Below are positions 58,139 to 64,000 of a DNA stretch of 64,000 nucleotides, one piece after another. The notes under the pieces are model-generated. The model did no database searches, was not told the origin of the DNA, and was given only the letters and a program-made list of their open reading frames with translations. The DNA comes from an uncultured Mollicutes bacterium (GTDB lineage Bacteria > Bacillota_I > Bacilli_A > ML615J-28 > CAG-313): NCBI GenBank assembly GCA_900548675.1, contig URLJ01000005.1, forward strand, positions 4,412 to 68,411, read 5' to 3'. A program made the position numbers and the translations under genes. Numbering within the stretch: the stretch's first letter is position 1; every line of letters begins with the position of its first letter.

Positions 58139-61006
58139 TTATTCCAATATTTTCTTGAGAAACATCCCCGTATATGATTTTTCTACTTTAGCTATTTCTT
58201 CAGGTGTACCACTCGCAATGACTGTTCCACCTTTTTCTCCACCTTCAGGGCCTAAATCAGTTATATAATCTGCACTCTTTATAACATCTAGATTATGTTC
58301 AATGATTATGACCATCGCACCATCATCGGCAATTTTATTTATCATTTTAATTAGACGGTTAACATCATCTGAATGAAGTCCTGTCGTCGGTTCATCAAAA
58401 ATAAAAACAGAATTTTCACTAACTTTTTTATACATTTCGCTCGCAAGTTTTACTCTTTGAGCTTCTCCACCTGATAAGGTTGTCGCACTTTGACCAAGTT
58501 TGATATAACCTAATCCTACATCATTTAAGGTTTTAAGTTTATTATATATATTGGGAATGTTTTCAAAGAAGTTTGTTGCTTCTTCAATCGTCATATCAAG
58601 CACATCCGCAATCGTTTTATCATGGTACTTCACTTCTAAAGTTTCATGGTTATAACGCTTGCCGTGGCACGCTTCACAAGGAACGTAAACATCTGGTAAG
58701 AAATGCATCGCTATACGAATTACCCCATCACCTTGACATGTTTCACATCGTCCACCTTTCACATTGAAAGAGAAACGACCTTTTGAATATCCTCGCATTT
58801 TGGCTTCTTTTGTTTCCGCAAACAAATCACGAATGTGATCAAACACTCCTGTGTATGTTGCAGGATTAGAGCGTGGGGTTCTTCCAATTGGGCTTTGATC
58901 GATAATGACAATTTTATCAATTTTTTTGTCAAGCACCATTTCTTCATATTTTCCAACATTTATTTTACTTTTGTATAATTTCTTTTGTAGGGCATTAGCG
59001 AGTGTATCGTTAACTAAAGTACTTTTGCCGCTTCCACTCACACCTGTGACAAGATTAATAGCTCCAAAATAAAAGGTAGCATCAATGTTTTTTAAATTAT
59101 TTTCAGAAGCACCTTTTACAGTTATTTTACCTTTATTTAAGGTTCTACGCGCTTGCGGTACCGCAATTTTTTTACGCCCTGAAAGGTAATCTGCCGTAAT
59201 ACTGCCCTTCATATTCACAAAGATATCTGGTTTAGCAGCAGCCACTAAGGTTCCACCATGAACCCCTGCACCAGGACCAATATCAACGATATAATCTGCT
59301 TCCTTCATGATTTCTTCATCATGTTCGACAACTATCAAAGTATTACCTAAATCACGCATTTCTTTTAAGGCCTCGATTAATTTGTGGTTATCTCTTTCAT
59401 GAAGACCGATCGATGGTTCATCAAGAACATACAAAACGCCTGTTAAGTGCGAACCTATTTGCGTCGCAAGTCTTATTCTTTGTGCTTCTCCGCCTGATAG
59501 TGTTCCAGCAGAACGTGCTAGGGTTAAGTATTCTAAACCAACATTTTTTAAGAATTGTAATCTTTCTTTAATTTCTTTTAAAATGAGCGAAGCTATTTTT
59601 ATTTCTTTTGAAGTTAATTTTAAGTTGTTGATAAAATCGAGCGCTTCTTCAATCGACATTGTTGTAAATTCATATATATTTTTGCCGCCAACTCTAACGC
59701 TAAGAACTTTTTCATTAAGACGGTGCCCATCGCAACTAGGACAAATAGCTTCTTTCATATATGAGCCATAGTATTCTCGTTGTATTGAAGATGAAGTTTC
59801 TTCATAACGACGTTTAATTAGATTAGCTAATCCTTCAATCGGTTTATTCTTTTTCATTGATATTCCACCAACCGAGTGAATTTCATAACTAATCGGTTCT
59901 TTTGAACCATTCAAAATTACATCTTTTTGAAGTGGTGTCAAGTTTTTATAAGGTACAAATAAATCGATATGATAATAATCGAAAAGTTTTTTGTACATTT
60001 GCCATTCAATGTTTTCGGTAAAAACAATATTTTTAAGATATCTAATTGCTCCATCAGCAATTGATAAATTTTCATCAGTAATAAGCAATTCTTCATTAAC
60101 GGAAGAAATGACTCCTAGTCCCTTACATTCTGGACAAGCACCTAGAGGAGAATTAAAACTAAATGATGCTGGTTCAAGTTTACCAACGGTAAAACCACAA
60201 TAAGGGCAAGCATAATGTTCACTAAAAAGAAGACGCTCACCATCTATTTCGGCGAATATTCGTCCTTCCGCAAGATTAGCAGCTTGTTCTAGAGCTTCAT
60301 AGATTCTTGAACGATTTTCTTCTTCAATTTTTACCCGATCAATAATAACATCAATATTATGTTTTTTGTTTTTATCGAGCGTTATTTCTTCATCTAACTC
60401 ATATACTTCCCCATCAATGATAGCTCTTGTATAACCATCTTTTCGAAGTAACTCGAGCGTTTTTTCAAACGTTCCTTTTCTTTCTTCAGCGATAGGAGCT
60501 AAAATTGTAAGTTTGGATGATTCTTTATAAGTATAAATTCTTTCAAGCATTTGTTCATACGTTTGAGCTTCAATTTCTATATGATGATTGGGACAAATAG
60601 GTTTTCCTATTCGCGCATATAAAAGTCTTAAATAATCATAAATTTCTGTAACAGTTCCTACTGTAGAGCGCGGATTTCTACTTGTGGTTTTTTGGTCGAT
60701 AGAAATCGCAGGAGATAATCCTTCGATCGCATCGACATCGGGTTTATCTAAGTTATCTAAGAATTGTCTTGCATAAGCTGATAAACTTTCTACATACCGC
60801 CGTTGACCTTCGGCATAAATCGTATCAAAAGCAAGACTAGTTTTACCGCTACCACTTACTCCCGACATTACAATTAATTTTCCTCGTGGAATAACTAAAT
60901 TAAGATTCTTCAGATTGTTTTCACGTGCTCCTTTAATAATGATATAATCATTTCCTGTTACTTCCGCATTAAAACCTTCAAGGTTGTTATTCTTATCAAG
61001 ATCCAT
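58139..61006 (-). CDS. uvrA: Excinuclease ABC subunit A
   Basis: Two ABC modules (GVSGSGKSSL/TLV), zinc-finger Cys clusters (CPYCG...CPEC; CETCQGDG...CEAC). 955 aa. Confidence 0.95.
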   Translation of the reverse strand: MDLDKNNNLEGFNAEVTGNDYIIIKGARENNLKNLNLVIPRGKLIVMSGVSGSGKTSLAFDTIYAEGQRRYVESLSAYARQFLDNLDKPDVDAIEGLSPAISIDQKTTSRNPRSTVGTVTEIYDYLRLLYARIGKPICPNHHIEIEAQTYEQMLERIYTYKESSKLTILAPIAEERKGTFEKTLELLRKDGYTRAIIDGEVYELDEEITLDKNKKHNIDVIIDRVKIEEENRSRIYEALEQAANLAEGRIFAEIDGERLLFSEHYACPYCGFTVGKLEPASFSFNSPLGACPECKGLGVISSVNEELLITDENLSIADGAIRYLKNIVFTENIEWQMYKKLFDYYHIDLFVPYKNLTPLQKDVILNGSKEPISYEIHSVGGISMKKNKPIEGLANLIKRRYEETSSSIQREYYGSYMKEAICPSCDGHRLNEKVLSVRVGGKNIYEFTTMSIEEALDFINNLKLTSKEIKIASLILKEIKERLQFLKNVGLEYLTLARSAGTLSGGEAQRIRLATQIGSHLTGVLYVLDEPSIGLHERDNHKLIEALKEMRDLGNTLIVVEHDEEIMKEADYIVDIGPGAGVHGGTLVAAAKPDIFVNMKGSITADYLSGRKKIAVPQARRTLNKGKITVKGASENNLKNIDATFYFGAINLVTGVSGSGKSTLVNDTLANALQKKLYKSKINVGKYEEMVLDKKIDKIVIIDQSPIGRTPRSNPATYTGVFDHIRDLFAETKEAKMRGYSKGRFSFNVKGGRCETCQGDGVIRIAMHFLPDVYVPCEACHGKRYNHETLEVKYHDKTIADVLDMTIEEATNFFENIPNIYNKLKTLNDVGLGYIKLGQSATTLSGGEAQRVKLASEMYKKVSENSVFIFDEPTTGLHSDDVNRLIKMINKIADDGAMVIIIEHNLDVIKSADYITDLGPEGGEKGGTVIASGTPEEIAKVEKSYTGMFLKKILE

Positions 61007-61121
61007 GATTTTTTCTCCTTTTGTCTATTTTATTATTATAACATATATCACTATTTTTATTTATTTTTATGCTGTATTAGTTTTTATCTTTATATAAGAA
61101 AAACCTAAAGGACGTTATCCT

Positions 61122-62360
61122 CTAGGCAGTAGTTTTTTTATTTATTTTAATATCAACAAACTTAGGCATCCCTTCTGTATATGGTATTTTCACTTCACCT
61201 TTTATTAAAGGAGTAATATAATCTATGAACTCACTAGAAACCATATTAGAAGATATAATCCATTCTTTTGGAAACATCTTTACTTTAGAGGCTAATTCAC
61301 TTGTCTTTACTGTTTCATATTTAATGTGATAATTATTCATTCGTTTCATAATAATTGTTTTACCGGTTTCTTGTCTTAATGCGGCTAAAACGGCTTTTTT
61401 ACCACACATATAGGCTTCATTTAAATCTGTTTTTGAAACAAGATGCATAGCAGCACGTTGAGGTAAATTTAACTCGATACTTCTAACCGGATATTTTAAT
61501 CTTTTATTTATTATTTCAGAAAGAACCATTCCCACGCCCCCTAGTTGTAAGTGGCCAAAATCATCATCATTGTTGTAATTACGTTTTAATAAGAAGTATT
61601 CACCATCTAAATCTTTTATACCTTCCGAAACAGCTATATATACCTTTTGTTTTTCTTTATAGATTTTATCAACATCCCTTAAAAATTGTTCTAAATCAAA
61701 AGGTACCTCAGGTAGATATATTAAGTCAGGTCCCATTCCGACTACCTTGCCAAGCGATGTCGCGGCGGTGAGCCATCCTGCATCACGCCCCATAACTTCT
61801 AGAATGGTTACGCGACCAACATCATACGATGTTATATCTTGATATATCTCGGTGGTAGTAGTCGCGATGTATTTAGCTGCCGAAGCGTAACCAGGGGTGT
61901 GATCGGTCATGATTAAATCATTATCAATTGTTTTAGGAACTCCTATTACAAAACACTTATAACAAACAGCTTGAAAGAAGTCATTAAGCTTGCTGCAGGT
62001 ATCCATCGAATCGTTACCACCGATAATAAATAAATAATGTATATCATATTTAATAAAAACTTCTAGTACTTTTCTGTAGTCTCCGTCATTTTTTCCATTA
62101 TACTTTTCAAAATGATATCTAGCAGTACCGAGCGCAGCTCCAGGCGTTAATTTTAAAAGATTTAGCTCTTTTTCATTTATTTTACTAAAATCAATTAGTT
62201 GTTCATTTAGAATCCCTTTTACTCCATACATGGCGCCATAAATGGTTGTAATCGAAGGTTCTTTTAAAGCTTTTTCAATTACACCACATAAACTAGCATT
62301 AATGACGGCCGTCGGTCCTCCTGATTGAAAAACAAGTGCTGCCCCCGTAAGTTTTTTCAT
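61122..62360 (-). CDS. pfp: 6-phosphofructokinase, PPi-dependent-like (Pfp family)
   Basis: GGPTAVINAS, IGGNDS, MGRDAGWL motifs; the ORF track extends to 62381. Confidence 0.75.
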   Translation of the reverse strand: MKKLTGAALVFQSGGPTAVINASLCGVIEKALKEPSITTIYGAMYGVKGILNEQLIDFSKINEKELNLLKLTPGAALGTARYHFEKYNGKNDGDYRKVLEVFIKYDIHYLFIIGGNDSMDTCSKLNDFFQAVCYKCFVIGVPKTIDNDLIMTDHTPGYASAAKYIATTTTEIYQDITSYDVGRVTILEVMGRDAGWLTAATSLGKVVGMGPDLIYLPEVPFDLEQFLRDVDKIYKEKQKVYIAVSEGIKDLDGEYFLLKRNYNNDDDFGHLQLGGVGMVLSEIINKRLKYPVRSIELNLPQRAAMHLVSKTDLNEAYMCGKKAVLAALRQETGKTIIMKRMNNYHIKYETVKTSELASKVKMFPKEWIISSNMVSSEFIDYITPLIKGEVKIPYTEGMPKFVDIKINKKTTA

Positions 62361-62459
62361 AAAGTGAATCCTTTCTATCATTTATCTTAAGTTTATTATA
62401 CTATAACTCTTGAAATGTTTCTTCACTTACTATTTTGAAAATGTTTTCTGTTATGATGT

Positions 62460-63143
62460 TCAACCGACTTTAGTCGCTTTGAAAAAATTTTTCCCGATAG
62501 AAAAGAGAATTTTTTTATCTTTAGCGTATTCTAAAGCCTTTTTAGAAATAGGAGCATTATCCTTTATTAATGATAACAATTTTTCATATGTTACTTTTTT
62601 CAAAGATTTTTTATTTTCATCATATATATATTCTTCATCTTTAAATAAATGGCATTTTACTTTATATCCTTTTTTTAAGAATTCTCCGGCAGTAAAAAGA
62701 GCGGTATAGTCGCTTCCCCCTCTACCAAGGGTCGTAAACGTAAATTCCTTTGAGATACCTTGAAAACCTGGAATAATTAAAACATCTACGTTTTTCAAAA
62801 TTTTTTCTAATTTATGAAAATCCATATATACTATATCAGCATCGCCATAAACTCCATTTGTAACAATGGGAATTTCGTAAGCATTTAAAAAAGCGGTCTT
62901 AATTCCCATGTTTCTTAAATAAGAAGTTAGCATAATTCCGGATTCTAATTCTCCTAAAACTGCTAATGCATCTTTTAAATCAGGATAATCTATTTTTTTT
63001 AAATAGTCATCTGTTTTATTTTTGAAAGCAGAAACGACGATAACATGTTTCATATTTATATTGTTTAAGACAAAATCACTTATGTAGTCAAAACTAGCTT
63101 CATTAGATAAGATGCTCCCACCAAATTTTGATATATAAATCAA
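62460..63143 (-). CDS. Amino-acid-kinase family protein (aspartokinase-like catalytic domain without ACT domains)
   Basis: KFGGSIL N-terminus and TLGRGGSDYTA motif; 227 aa. Confidence 0.6.
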   Translation of the reverse strand: MIYISKFGGSILSNEASFDYISDFVLNNINMKHVIVVSAFKNKTDDYLKKIDYPDLKDALAVLGELESGIMLTSYLRNMGIKTAFLNAYEIPIVTNGVYGDADIVYMDFHKLEKILKNVDVLIIPGFQGISKEFTFTTLGRGGSDYTALFTAGEFLKKGYKVKCHLFKDEEYIYDENKKSLKKVTYEKLLSLIKDNAPISKKALEYAKDKKILFSIGKNFFKATKVG

Positions 63144-63268
63144 TTAAATCACCTATTAATATATATATGCATATGAAATATGAAATGAAATTATAAAACC
63201 CCAAGTTATATAAAAAGGCCTCTAAAGTAGATTACTTTAGAGGCCTTAGCTCAAATCATAAAGGTTAT

Positions 63269-64000
<732 letters not shown>

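Overview
This is an AT-rich window (roughly 25-30% GC by eye) that uses the standard genetic code: tRNA-Trp carries a CCA anticodon, and long intact ORFs use TGG for Trp. The gene content looks like a Firmicutes/Erysipelotrichia- or Acholeplasma-like chromosome. Nearly all genes are on the minus strand.

The window falls into three parts.

(1) Positions 1 to about 26.9 kb form a densely packed defence/mobile island, described gene by gene below. It starts with the N-terminal ~620 aa of a type II-A-like Cas9, which runs off the window start, and has a divergently transcribed small-RNA candidate (putative tracrRNA) just upstream of it. An ImmR/ImmA-like regulator pair, a GNAT/YoaP protein and a membrane-anchored HNH nuclease come next. 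These are followed by a RecD/Pif1-like SF1 helicase with a large unknown N-terminal domain and a small partner gene. Next is a decayed large serine recombinase pseudogene. After that comes one uninterrupted 12-kb run of minus-strand genes. This run contains a prokaryotic viperin homologue with an HNH partner, an Abi2/HEPN plus nucleotidyltransferase pair, and an Mrr-like nuclease. It ends in a seven-gene operon: XRE HTH, an 815-aa protein with a sigma-70 region-4-like HTH, a DUF262/ParB-like protein, a PLD-nuclease/SF2-helicase fusion, a Dam-class m6A methyltransferase, a 155-aa protein and a lipoprotein. I consider that operon the best candidate for an undescribed defence system. The island ends at tRNA-His/tRNA-Trp, next to four iteron-like AATGCAACCCC repeats.

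(2) 27-36 kb is conserved housekeeping: potABCD with a PuuR-like regulator, a tRNA-Ser/tRNA-Glu operon with a consensus promoter and terminator, pyk, and a GNAT.

(3) 37-50 kb is a second accessory patch: a protein with a degenerate diadenylate-cyclase-like C-terminus, then an RHS/YD polymorphic toxin locus (2270-aa toxin, immunity gene, orphan toxin-tip/immunity cassette, flanking ~125-bp direct repeats) immediately preceded by XhlA-like, holin and MNT-like genes. After that the window returns to core genes (whiA, trxB-like, HAD, lgt, vanZ-like, uvrA, PPi-pfk, an aspartokinase-like kinase, and the ligA 3' end running off the window).

No CRISPR array lies inside the window.
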